A stretch of 64,000 nucleotides of DNA from a virus (lineage: Duplodnaviria > Caudoviricetes), in IMG/VR virus record IMGVR_UViG_3300030330_003968, positions 5,711 to 69,710 of that record. The stretch is one strand, 5' to 3'. The position numbers were made by a program, and so were the translations under genes. This document shows, piece after piece, positions 20,451 to 29,770 of the stretch (position 1 is the first letter of the stretch; the number at the start of each line of letters is the position of its first letter). The notes under the pieces are model-generated. The model was not told the DNA's origin, ran no database searches, and saw nothing but the letters and a program-made list of their open reading frames with translations.

Positions 20451-21631
20451 TATAATTCCCTTCTTTTTCTTTCAATAACGCCTCTTGCAAAATGTTCTAA
20501 TTCACCACAAAATCTAACTAACCCTGTTCTAAAACCACGAACCTTACCTACTTGTCCTAAAGCAATAAACCAAGATATAGAATGTCCATAAGAATTACCA
20601 ATTTTAACCTTAATTCCTCCACCATCTACTATATGCTGCCCATGTCTAAAATCATAAAATGCACTTGTTTCTAATAATTTACAAAACCATTCATTAGAGG
20701 ATGGATATTGTGTATCTAAATAATGATAAAATCTAAGTTTTACTTCAAAACCTACATCGCTATTATGTTTTGCCATATAACAGATTGATTGACCCTCCCC
20801 TCTTTGTTCTTCAAAAGCAGTTTGAGTGTACCATTTACCATCATCATAATTTTGAATCCAATTTTTAATTTCATCTACTGCTTCTCTCCATAATTGTTCG
20901 CAGTTTTTATCATCTTCTTCATCGGGTAATGGGTTATCATCTGTTCTTAATTTTTGACGACCTACTTGAATTTGGCTCTTTTTAAAATCAAATTTCATAC
21001 CTCTATGTAATTGGACACCTGCAAAAAATCTATCTGCGGCTGAATCGACCTTTTTAGGGTTTAATGTCATTATACTTTCTTCAAATTCTCTTAACTCATG
21101 AGCGAATCTTGCTACATTTTTCCACCAATCAAATAACATTTGTTTTTTATATTCGCCTTTGCGTTCAGCACCAAACATCATTGTAAATAAATTAGACATA
21201 TCACCATCAGGTGTTACCATTTCTGTTTCAAGAACACATTCATTACTTTGTAATTGTAGTTCGCAGATAAAAAATATTTTTACATCTTTTTTTGTTGGTG
21301 GTAACACTTCACCCTTAAGATTACCTCTATATGTAACTTTACCTGAAAGTCCAGCAACATAAACTCTTCCACCATCACTTGAATGACTATTAAATGATAA
21401 TGTTTCTAAAAATTCACACCATTGTTCAGGAGTTAATTTATATCTATAACCTAAATCGAATAATAAAGTTTTATTAGGGTCTATAATATTACCCATCTTT
21501 TGAAATTGTCTAACAATATAATCAAATTTTTGAAAGCAATCTTCATCGTCATCATCTGGTAATGGATTATTATCAGACCTTAACTTTTGTCTTGTTTGGC
21601 TTATCTGCACTTTAATAATATCTTCCCACAT
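20450..21631 (-). CDS. PLPD-acidic-Cys family paralog, two fused modules
   Basis: N-terminal leader plus an internal copy FKKSQIQVGRQKLRTDDNPLPDEEDDKNC. Confidence 0.75.
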   Translation of the reverse strand: MWEDIIKVQISQTRQKLRSDNNPLPDDDDEDCFQKFDYIVRQFQKMGNIIDPNKTLLFDLGYRYKLTPEQWCEFLETLSFNSHSSDGGRVYVAGLSGKVTYRGNLKGEVLPPTKKDVKIFFICELQLQSNECVLETEMVTPDGDMSNLFTMMFGAERKGEYKKQMLFDWWKNVARFAHELREFEESIMTLNPKKVDSAADRFFAGVQLHRGMKFDFKKSQIQVGRQKLRTDDNPLPDEEDDKNCEQLWREAVDEIKNWIQNYDDGKWYTQTAFEEQRGEGQSICYMAKHNSDVGFEVKLRFYHYLDTQYPSSNEWFCKLLETSAFYDFRHGQHIVDGGGIKVKIGNSYGHSISWFIALGQVGKVRGFRTGLVRFCGELEHFARGVIERKRREL

Positions 21632-22089
21632 TAGGCATACCTCTTTATAACGCTAAGTAATTCATCAAATTTTTCTAAAGTATTAAATATTTCTAATTCA
21701 TAACACAACTCACCATCGTACTGTAATCCTATAATTATCTTATCTTCTGATGGTACATGGGTTAAAAATCCATAATCTGTCCTATATATAATATTATTAG
21801 TACGGGAATATAAAATCTCACTATCATATATACTAATCTTAACACGAATTCTATAATTTTTAATATCTCTAAAAAAGTCTAAAAATTTACAAAATATTTC
21901 TTCTGGAACTCTATCCAACTTATTATATCTATAACTCTTATACTTAGTTTTATTAGCCTCTATCATAGCATCTAAATACATAAACTTTCTTTTACAATCC
22001 TCTTCTTCATCTTCAGGAAGAGGTTGGTCGTCAGTCCTTAACTTTTGGCGACCTACTTGTATTTGATTTTTTAAAACATCTTTCCACAT
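21631..22089 (-). CDS. PLPD-acidic-Cys family paralog
   Basis: MWKDVLKNQIQVGRQKLRTDDQPLPEDEEEDC. Confidence 0.75.
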   Translation of the reverse strand: MWKDVLKNQIQVGRQKLRTDDQPLPEDEEEDCKRKFMYLDAMIEANKTKYKSYRYNKLDRVPEEIFCKFLDFFRDIKNYRIRVKISIYDSEILYSRTNNIIYRTDYGFLTHVPSEDKIIIGLQYDGELCYELEIFNTLEKFDELLSVIKRYA

Positions 22090-22090
22090 T

Positions 22091-22720
22091 CTAAATCCCC
22101 CTTGTATATTCTCTAATCTTATTCATAAATTCTGGACTTGTTGGGAAAGATACCTTAGCGTTACTTTCAATAGTATTTTTGATAGCCTCATGTAAAAATT
22201 CCAATTCTTCCATAACTCCTATGGTTAAATCTGGTAAAGCAAATCGTAATAAAACATGAAATTTATTATCTAAATCATAACATGTTTTAACTTTTATTTC
22301 TACTTGACAATTTTTACCAAAACTCGTTTTACCTCTATAAACACTTATAATAACACCTAAACCATCTTCTAATACACCTTTTACTTCAAACTTTGATAGT
22401 ACTGATAAAGTATCTTTTTCAGGTCTATCTAATATTACTAAGTCTGTATGTTCATAATTAGAAAAACCTCCTAATATTTTACACCATACATCTTCATCAT
22501 ATAAATTTCTTGAAAATGCTTCAATTGCTGCACTCTTATTGTAATTTGTAGCATAAGTATTACCTTGAAAAGTTATCGCATGTTTTAAAATTTCTCTAAA
22601 TATTTTTTGTACAATAGGGAAACATTCTTCATCATCATCTTCAGGTAGTGGTTCTTTATCAGTACGCAACTTCTGTCTTGAAGTAGTAATCTGAACCTTT
22701 AGTATATCTTCCCAATTCAT
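22091..22720 (-). CDS. PLPD-acidic-Cys family paralog
   Basis: MNWEDILKVQITTSRQKLRTDKEPLPEDDDEEC. Confidence 0.75.
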   Translation of the reverse strand: MNWEDILKVQITTSRQKLRTDKEPLPEDDDEECFPIVQKIFREILKHAITFQGNTYATNYNKSAAIEAFSRNLYDEDVWCKILGGFSNYEHTDLVILDRPEKDTLSVLSKFEVKGVLEDGLGVIISVYRGKTSFGKNCQVEIKVKTCYDLDNKFHVLLRFALPDLTIGVMEELEFLHEAIKNTIESNAKVSFPTSPEFMNKIREYTRGI

Positions 22721-23382
22721 AGCCACCCATCCAATTTAATTTCATCAAAATTACTTGTATATTTCATCGGTTTATATTCATTTTTATAAGGAAGATGAAA
22801 ATCTGTAATTAAACCTTTAATCGCAAATGCTGTTCCGTATTTATCCCTTACTCTAAAATGTAGAAGTTTTTTACTTGGTACAAAACCTGTTCTTTGGCGA
22901 TTGTCAGAATATCTTATCCCCATATGTATTTTAAAATCATATTCTTCATAAGTATATTGTTTATCAAAATCACTTTTACTACTAAGTTGTCGTATAAAAA
23001 TCTCTAACATTTCTAATATTACACACGCTTCTTCTTCAGAATATTTATTTCCAGGTCTTGTTCTCCAATATGTTCTTGTGCCATGTAAATATTGTTTAAA
23101 ATATTCTTCAATAACAGGATTTCCATACATAACATTTTCATAAGAAAACTTTGTATCATTTAGTATAGGTACTAAATTATCTCCGTAATACTGTGCCTCT
23201 ATCATTGTAGGATTAATTAACTCTACTTTAAGTACAGGTTTCCAATTTTTAAATTTTTCTAAATATCCCATTAATTCTTGATAGCAGTTTGTATCTTCAT
23301 CATCATCAGGTAAAGGCTCGTCATCTGTTCTTAATTTTTGCCTTGCAACAGAAACCTGCGCCTTTAACAAATCTTCCCACAT
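22717..23382 (-). CDS. PLPD-acidic-Cys family paralog
   Basis: MWEDLLKAQVSVARQKLRTDDEPLPDDDEDTNC. Confidence 0.75.
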   Translation of the reverse strand: MWEDLLKAQVSVARQKLRTDDEPLPDDDEDTNCYQELMGYLEKFKNWKPVLKVELINPTMIEAQYYGDNLVPILNDTKFSYENVMYGNPVIEEYFKQYLHGTRTYWRTRPGNKYSEEEACVILEMLEIFIRQLSSKSDFDKQYTYEEYDFKIHMGIRYSDNRQRTGFVPSKKLLHFRVRDKYGTAFAIKGLITDFHLPYKNEYKPMKYTSNFDEIKLDGWL

Positions 23383-23384
23383 AA

Positions 23385-23870
23385 TTAATACCTACTTTCA
23401 TCGTATCTTTTACCATCAAGTCTATCTAAAACTCTACTTGGAGAAGTATTATCTACTTTAGGATTATAATTAATTGGGTCGGGTAACTCTTCTCCATCTT
23501 CTATAATAATAAATTTATAAGATGGTGCACTTAACATCATAAATACTCCATCATAAACGATAGCAGTCCCACCAAATAAACTTCCTTCAACAGTCCAAGG
23601 TCTTGGATTTCCATCTGCCCTCATTCTCCTTTCTATTTCGTTATATGCATTTTGTCTTGTATCAAATAATTCTTTAGGATGTTGAACCCATTCGCCTCTC
23701 AAATTTGGAGAATTATACTGTTCAGTTACAAATACTTTATATTTTATATCCTCATCTTCAGGTAATGGTTCGGCATCTGTACTAACTTTAATATCAGGTT
23801 TAACCTTAGAACCTAAAGATGGTTTAGGTGTTTGTGTTGGACCAAATTTCTTTAAAATATCTTTCCACAT
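23385..23870 (-). CDS. W-leader protein with partial PLPED motif
   Basis: MWKDILKK...KVSTDAEPLPEDED, no following Cys. Confidence 0.65.
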   Translation of the reverse strand: MWKDILKKFGPTQTPKPSLGSKVKPDIKVSTDAEPLPEDEDIKYKVFVTEQYNSPNLRGEWVQHPKELFDTRQNAYNEIERRMRADGNPRPWTVEGSLFGGTAIVYDGVFMMLSAPSYKFIIIEDGEELPDPINYNPKVDNTSPSRVLDRLDGKRYDESRY

Positions 23871-24487
23871 CAAACATTCCTTCCTAATCTTCTAAGAAGT
23901 GCATCATAACTTATACCCTCTTTTGTTGCCTGTTCTTTTAAATCTTCAATCTTATACATTTTTTGATTAATGTATAAATATCCTGGATTTGCTCTTTCAA
24001 CTTCAGCAATAGTTTCTTCAGCAGTTTGTCTATCCTCACCTGAAGTATCTCTCAAATCTTTTCTTTCTCTAATATTTTCTTTTACATTTCTTGCTACTGC
24101 ATCAGCAACAATAGTAATTAGTTTAGTTTCACTACTTACTACATCATCTCTTGTCAAGGTTACAGATGGACCAAGTAATCTTTCAAAATAATAATCACCT
24201 GATTCATCCTCCATCATGATAATTTCAAATACTTCTCTTTGTTTAGTATCTTTATGTCTATATGAAATTCTAATCTGTAATATTTCATCTGAAATATATC
24301 TTTCTCTAACATTAATATTAGAAACTCTATCCTCTCCCTCTCTCATGGCTTGAGTAATTTTACCATAGTATTGACTTGCTGATGCTCTAACTGCTGCTCT
24401 TAACCTTTCAACAAAATTATCTACATCAGTTACAATTAAATTTTCACCTTGATTATTTTTAATTTTTAATATTTCTTCCCATGTCAT
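23870..24487 (-). CDS. W-leader hypothetical protein
   Basis: starts MTWEEILKI. Confidence 0.65.
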   Translation of the reverse strand: MTWEEILKIKNNQGENLIVTDVDNFVERLRAAVRASASQYYGKITQAMREGEDRVSNINVRERYISDEILQIRISYRHKDTKQREVFEIIMMEDESGDYYFERLLGPSVTLTRDDVVSSETKLITIVADAVARNVKENIRERKDLRDTSGEDRQTAEETIAEVERANPGYLYINQKMYKIEDLKEQATKEGISYDALLRRLGRNV

Positions 24488-25245
24488 AATACATCACTTC
24501 CGTATTCCTGTAATAAGTAAGGTTCTTCAGTCATTAATTTTTCCTTTATCTTATTATACATTTCCATTGTTGCTGGATTTCTTGATGCTTTCTCTTTTAC
24601 CTGTGGATGTCTAAGTACTGCTAATAATCTACCATTAGGATTATCAGGCATTTGTACTGTATAGGCAATATATTCTTCCATTAAACTATTACCTTCTGAT
24701 ATACCTGCGGATTTATCCTTGTATGGATAATCTAATATTTTTGATGCTTGATGTCCAAACTCATGAGTTAAGGTATCGTATATTTTTTCCTGTTGCTCAT
24801 AATAATATTCTCTATCAAATGGGAATAATTTAGTAGCCAAATTAACTACTACTGCATCATCTTCAGGACTATAATATCCTGCCGACCTTCTTTTAGGTTC
24901 ATATCTAAAATCAGCCGTCATCATTTGCGAACTTAATTCATTTAACATTTCGTTAAAATCTTCTAAGTCATAATGTTCTTCAATTCTATCCTTATCAGTA
25001 TTATAGACTACCTGCACTCTATCTAAAATTTTAGAAATAACTGAATCATATTTTGCTAATACTTCTTTTGTTGTCGGACCTGCTACATCTAATAGGTCTT
25101 GTAATTCATTATGAAGTCTATCTATTTCAGGAGTCCAATATTCATATCTACCACCTTTATAAAAACCCATAACATCTTCTAAGTCATCAAGAATATCATC
25201 CATATTTGTTGGAGTTAAACTCTTAAGGACTTCAAACCATGTCAT
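24484..25245 (-). CDS. W-leader protein with zincin metallopeptidase motif
   Basis: starts MTWFEVLKS; AGYYSP...VVVNL, LTHEFGH and downstream EEYIA. Confidence 0.65.
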   Translation of the reverse strand: MTWFEVLKSLTPTNMDDILDDLEDVMGFYKGGRYEYWTPEIDRLHNELQDLLDVAGPTTKEVLAKYDSVISKILDRVQVVYNTDKDRIEEHYDLEDFNEMLNELSSQMMTADFRYEPKRRSAGYYSPEDDAVVVNLATKLFPFDREYYYEQQEKIYDTLTHEFGHQASKILDYPYKDKSAGISEGNSLMEEYIAYTVQMPDNPNGRLLAVLRHPQVKEKASRNPATMEMYNKIKEKLMTEEPYLLQEYGSDVL

Positions 25246-25349
25246 TTTTTTTCACCTGTGATTAAATCTTTACCATTTAATTTTTCAGCCTTATCTAACT
25301 CTTTAGACTTAACATCAAACCATTGGTCTAACAAAGTACACCTTGTCAT
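25242..25349 (-). CDS. Small hypothetical protein (35 aa), first gene of the leftward run
   Basis: manual translation MTRCTLLDQWFDVKSKELDKAEKLNGKDLITGEKK; ATGA overlap with next gene. Confidence 0.55.
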   Translation of the reverse strand: MTRCTLLDQWFDVKSKELDKAEKLNGKDLITGEKK

Positions 25350-25529
25350 TATACATCCCCTTGAATAAATAGTAAAAAATAATTACTATTTAACTTATAT
25401 GGCTGCGAATTTAGAAAATGATATATAAATATACCATCGCTTTTTTTGAAAAAATGCCCGCAAATTTTTTTGGTACTTGCAAAAAAAATTTTTTTTAATT
25501 AAATCTATTTCCAGAATAAGAATATTGTT

Positions 25530-25889
25530 TTAATTATACATATTAAAATCAGATTTGTTTTCTTTAGATTTATTTGTCATCATTTCTTTCATTTGATTAA
25601 CAACTTGATTTTCAAAGTCTGTATTTGGTTCTTCACCTCTATGTATATCTGCAAAATGGCGTATTTTATTGTTATATTGTTTAACTAATTCTACAAAGTC
25701 CTCTCTTAAATCATTAAAAAATTGCTGTATCTTTTCAGCATTTCTTGGTGGTATTCCTGCTGTTCTTGTAAAGAATGTATAAAAGTCATTCCAATCTGCG
25801 AAATGATTTTCAAGTTTTTTCATAATATCTTCTAATTCTTCTGTATTATTATCTTCAGGCGGGTTATTTATGTAAAAGTTGAACACCAT
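25530..25889 (-). CDS. Hypothetical protein
   Basis: 119-aa ORF with normal composition. Confidence 0.5.
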   Translation of the reverse strand: MVFNFYINNPPEDNNTEELEDIMKKLENHFADWNDFYTFFTRTAGIPPRNAEKIQQFFNDLREDFVELVKQYNNKIRHFADIHRGEEPNTDFENQVVNQMKEMMTNKSKENKSDFNMYN

Positions 25890-26390
25890 AAGGTTGTCCT
25901 CATATGCTATTAGGGTATGTTAGGGGTTATAACACTATGTATTGTGTATTTTTGAGCATTTTTAGGTTGTATGCTATTTTGTTGTACAGTTTGTATGCGA
26001 TTTTGCGTTTTTATGCTGTTAGAAACACAGTTTTTTGCTATGAGGGTGTTTTTCTCTTGATGGAAGAAAAGAATTAAAACAATTAATATAAAATTCAAGA
26101 ACCTCCAAAGTAGAACCATATGGATGTAAGAATGAATTAGGAAACAAAAAGAACCCTCCGCCATAAGAGATGATGACGAATGAACCTGCAAACAGAACCA
26201 TATGGTTCATGCGTTAGCATATTATGAACCATGTGGGGGGTGAACAGGAATGTATTGTGATGATGAGTGATTAATATATACATTCTATTTCTGTTACCAT
26301 ATGGTTGTCGCTTTGCAGACATACCTTATCTCAAATAAAATAAAAAATGTAGTGCTTCAAAGTGAAGCGAAAAAAAAAGGAGAAAAAAAT

Positions 26391-27023
26391 ATGCCGAAAA
26401 ACACAGAAAAGAAAGAAAAAGATTTGTCTATGACAGATGAAAGTTGGAACACAAGAACAGGGCGGGTATTGGATTTCTTGAACCATGAAGGTAATCAAGA
26501 ATATCTAAATTCGTCAGATGACATAATGGATGCCGTTGAATTAATTCAAATGAACATTCGTCGTGGTAATCGTTCAGCCGATAAGAGAAAGAATTTGTGG
26601 AATCAAATTCTAATTGAAGGAAGAGAATGGACTATCGAAAAAACTGATGGTGCATTAGCGACTAATTGGCCTGTTTCTGTTGGAAAAGAATCAAATCTTC
26701 CAGCCCATGTACAAGCAAGTCTTAAGCAAATTGAACAACACACCTTTGACACATTTGTTGAATTGTGGAATAACAATTTAATTGTTCAACAAACAATGGT
26801 TATTTCAGACCGCAACAAAGAATTGGGTGGTTCACCTTATCAAGAAGGAACAGAATTTGCAAAAGCAAGAGCATTTGCTAACAAGCAAAGATTTACCAAG
26901 TATTTCAATGATGGTCGTTGGGATGGTAACTTTGACCTTGAAGCAGGGTTCAATATTGCACCACCAATTGATGAAAATGCTGAAACCACAGAATCAACAG
27001 GTGATTCATCTGATGATTCGTGA
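26391..27023 (+). CDS. Hypothetical early-type protein, paralog of 29285..29770
   Basis: ATG after AGGAG RBS; shared segment DIMDAVELIQMNIRRGNRSADKRKNL. Confidence 0.7.
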   Translation: MPKNTEKKEKDLSMTDESWNTRTGRVLDFLNHEGNQEYLNSSDDIMDAVELIQMNIRRGNRSADKRKNLWNQILIEGREWTIEKTDGALATNWPVSVGKESNLPAHVQASLKQIEQHTFDTFVELWNNNLIVQQTMVISDRNKELGGSPYQEGTEFAKARAFANKQRFTKYFNDGRWDGNFDLEAGFNIAPPIDENAETTESTGDSSDDS

Positions 27024-27349
27024 AGAAGAAGATTGATTCTTTTTTAGAATCAGTATTTTCTTAGAGGTCTGAATCAATGTCAGTCTAAGTTTTGGATATT
27101 TCTTAGTAAAAAATATTCATCCCATGGGGAGTTTTGATTTCGAGGTCTTGGGCTTTTGTTTTCGTTATCACCTCCGTTAAAAAAATAGTAATATATTTTC
27201 TCCCCACCTTTTTTAAATTTTAATTTGTAAAAATTAATTTTTAAAAACTTAGGGTGCGTTACAAAGTACTTACCATATGGATGCATCTTTGAGTAATACC
27301 TGATAATCCTACCATTAGGATATATATTGCCTAATCAGGAGGGCACAAG

Positions 27350-27823
27350 ATGGTAGAAGAAGAAAACAACCAAGAAATAAAGCAAGCAACCAAAGAGGAT
27401 GTAATTGAATTGGCTGAATTCATGGGAATTGAGAAAGGTACTTGTTCATGGGACACCCCAACGAACAAATTTGTACATATGCTCAATTCTATGATGATGC
27501 ATGAGTTAGCGAGCAATAGAGTAAACCAAGATTGCCTAATGATTCTAATTGGACAACCCATGAACCAATTAGAAGCCATCAAGGAATCATATAAAGCGTT
27601 TACAGATGCTATTGAAAGAGCAAACAATGATTACAAGAAAGAACGAAAGAATAAGGAAGAAATCCGAGCAAAGTTGGATAATGCGAGTTGGAGAAACTCA
27701 CATATTGAGAGGTCTAATAGATTTGCAAGAGTTATTGCTGAAATGGCTCTTAATGATTCAAACCAACTTTACGATGCAATACGGGAGGCAAGAGAAATGT
27801 TCCACATTTTCGACGATGAGTAA
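27350..27823 (+). CDS. Hypothetical protein
   Basis: ORF with GGAGG RBS downstream of a CCATATGG element. Confidence 0.7.
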   Translation: MVEEENNQEIKQATKEDVIELAEFMGIEKGTCSWDTPTNKFVHMLNSMMMHELASNRVNQDCLMILIGQPMNQLEAIKESYKAFTDAIERANNDYKKERKNKEEIRAKLDNASWRNSHIERSNRFARVIAEMALNDSNQLYDAIREAREMFHIFDDE

Positions 27824-28145
27824 TTAATTCTCATCTACATCCCCTGAAATTAGAGGGGTGGGGCTACATGGTTGGTAGCCCTGCCTCTCGACCTGTGGTT
27901 TTCATTACATTATCCAAAGATTCATTTCATTTTCAAACCATATGGTACGCTTTGCAGTACCTTACATTTTTACAAAAATAAAAAAATTAAAACTTTTTTT
28001 TCAAAAGTGGCTTGTTTTTTTTACAGAAAAACAGCCAAAAAACTGAACAATCTTAAGTTTGAAGTTACCTTACTAAACCTATGCTTAAGCACACGGAGGA
28101 AACTGAATACTTGCTTTGCTAACAAGGTAATCCAAACTTAGGAAT

Positions 28146-28364
28146 TTACTTTCTTAAAAATGGGTAATCCTTAAGATTCTTTACTGTTGTAACAAAAGAT
28201 AAGTATAATTTTTCTAACTTATCATCATTTCTTGGAATTTTTCCTAATTCTTCCTCCATAACTGAAATGGTGTATCTTGTTAAAAGTAGTATATCTTCGA
28301 TTCCATCAGCCTTAATATTATTAGCATACCATTGTTTTACTCTTCGTAGTTTTTCTTCAATCAC
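28146..28364 (-). CDS. Hypothetical protein
   Basis: last ORF of a small leftward cluster. Confidence 0.45.
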   Translation of the reverse strand: MIEEKLRRVKQWYANNIKADGIEDILLLTRYTISVMEEELGKIPRNDDKLEKLYLSFVTTVKNLKDYPFLRK

Positions 28365-28667
28365 TATTGTTCATCTCCCATTCTGTTAGCCAATCATCTA
28401 TTATTCGAGCCACATCATCAGGCATATCATTAACTGATAGTTTTTTAGTTTGTTGAATTTTTCCTTCTTCAGTATAAACTAAAATTCTCCAAGCATAAAT
28501 ATTCATTCTTCACCCTCCTTCTTTTTCTTTTCACCATGTAAATAGGTGTCTTTCATTGGACAAATAGCCCATAAATATCTAATAGCATCTACAAAAGCAA
28601 CACTATCACTAACATCATGAACCGTTGTAGTGCAACATCCATCATCGCATTGTAAATCTGTTGGCAT

Positions 28668-28961
28668 TCAAATCATCTCCTTCAATTTTATGTGTATCAT
28701 TTTTAATTCATTCCTTGTTTTCATGCCTTCTTCACATTTCCAATCTTCAAGATTTGAAAGTATGTATAGAATCTGTGTTCTTAGACCTTCGACTCCATAC
28801 ATTTGCAAAGCATCATTCATATTTAGAAAATATGTTATTGCATAATCTCGATAAATAGGTTTTTTACCTGTCTTTGAGTCTTTTGCACCAATAACTTTCA
28901 TTCTCAAATCAACTAATTGCTTGTATAATTCATTAAAAGTTTCACTCATCATCATCACCAT
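28668..28961 (-). CDS. Hypothetical protein
   Basis: AITY...YGVEGLRTQILYILSNL...W; coupled to upstream ORF. Confidence 0.55.
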   Translation of the reverse strand: MVMMMSETFNELYKQLVDLRMKVIGAKDSKTGKKPIYRDYAITYFLNMNDALQMYGVEGLRTQILYILSNLEDWKCEEGMKTRNELKMIHIKLKEMI

Positions 28962-29175
28962 TTACTTCTCTTGTTTTGTTAATTACTGCTTCAATCAATA
29001 AGTCCATGCGTTCTTTGACTTCTTCAATTGTATCACCTTGAACCCTTGCGGATTCACAAATCCAATTCTTGTATCTGTCTTGCTTCAACTTAATTGTGAA
29101 GTTTTTCATTGTTTCCTCTTTCTTTTCCTCTCTTTGTGGTTCTTGTTTTCTCCAAAACATTTTATCACCATACAT
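28942..29175 (-). CDS. Hypothetical protein
   Basis: first gene of leftward cluster, divergent from 29285 ORF. Confidence 0.55.
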   Translation of the reverse strand: MYGDKMFWRKQEPQREEKKEETMKNFTIKLKQDRYKNWICESARVQGDTIEEVKERMDLLIEAVINKTREVNGDDDE

Positions 29176-29284
29176 TTGTAATTAATTTCACATAAGGTTC
29201 GGATGCAAAGCAACCTTACCATATGGTTGTAACTTTGTGGAAACCCTATAATTCTAAACGCCTGCATTATAGTGGTGAAAACCA

Positions 29285-29770
29285 ATGAGTAAGAAAAACA
29301 AATGGGAAAACAATGCAATATGGGAGAAATTCATTGCGCCTTTGGTAGCGTGGATTAAATCTCTAAACATGGATGAACAAACCGATGAAATGTTGGACAT
29401 GGTTGAAAACGCTGAATTTCAAATTAAGCGTGGGACAAGAAATGCCTCCAATAGACAAAACATCGTCAAGAGTTTGAAACTTGAATTCGGACATCTTGAG
29501 TTTGAAGGTTGGACATCGGTTCGCATTGACAAGGATTTGTTGAAGAAAATGAAGAAACAGGCGAAAGATAATCGCCCCGTTCATATTGACTTCTTCAATA
29601 ATACATCTGTCAAGCCTACATATGTCAAAGATGATGTTCGTTATCAACACACGGCTGAATCATACGCTGACAAACAAGAAGAAGCGGATTTGCGAAACAT
29701 CAAATTGATGTATCGGGAATTGGAGTCCTTAGATGCTACCTTTGGGGTTGAATCTAATGATGCCTCTTGA
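29285..29770 (+). CDS. Hypothetical early-type protein, paralog of 26391..27023
   Basis: GGTGA RBS; segment DEMLDMVENAEFQIKRGTRNASNRQNI. Confidence 0.7.
   Translation: MSKKNKWENNAIWEKFIAPLVAWIKSLNMDEQTDEMLDMVENAEFQIKRGTRNASNRQNIVKSLKLEFGHLEFEGWTSVRIDKDLLKKMKKQAKDNRPVHIDFFNNTSVKPTYVKDDVRYQHTAESYADKQEEADLRNIKLMYRELESLDATFGVESNDAS

Noticed and set aside
19734-23870. Diversity-generating retroelement as the source of the variable family
   Set aside because: No reverse transcriptase in the window and no near-identical template/variable repeat pair differing at adenines
2692-24191. Plus-strand ORFs in the left arm (e.g. 2692, 5869, 6633, 7518, 9545, 11181, 15102, 16801, 21159, 23970)
   Set aside because: Antisense shadows of longer coupled minus-strand genes; S/F/L-rich composition and no RBS
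6038-25245. W leader as a purely DNA-level translation-initiation artefact
   Set aside because: Codons vary while residue classes are kept, and the motif also occurs internally and C-terminally; some copies are near-identical in DNA, so recombination between them is still possible
25910-26322. Overlapping minus-strand ORFs 25910, 26019, 26137 and plus-strand ORF 27872
   Set aside because: Atypical composition, overlap the regulatory repeats, no convincing RBS
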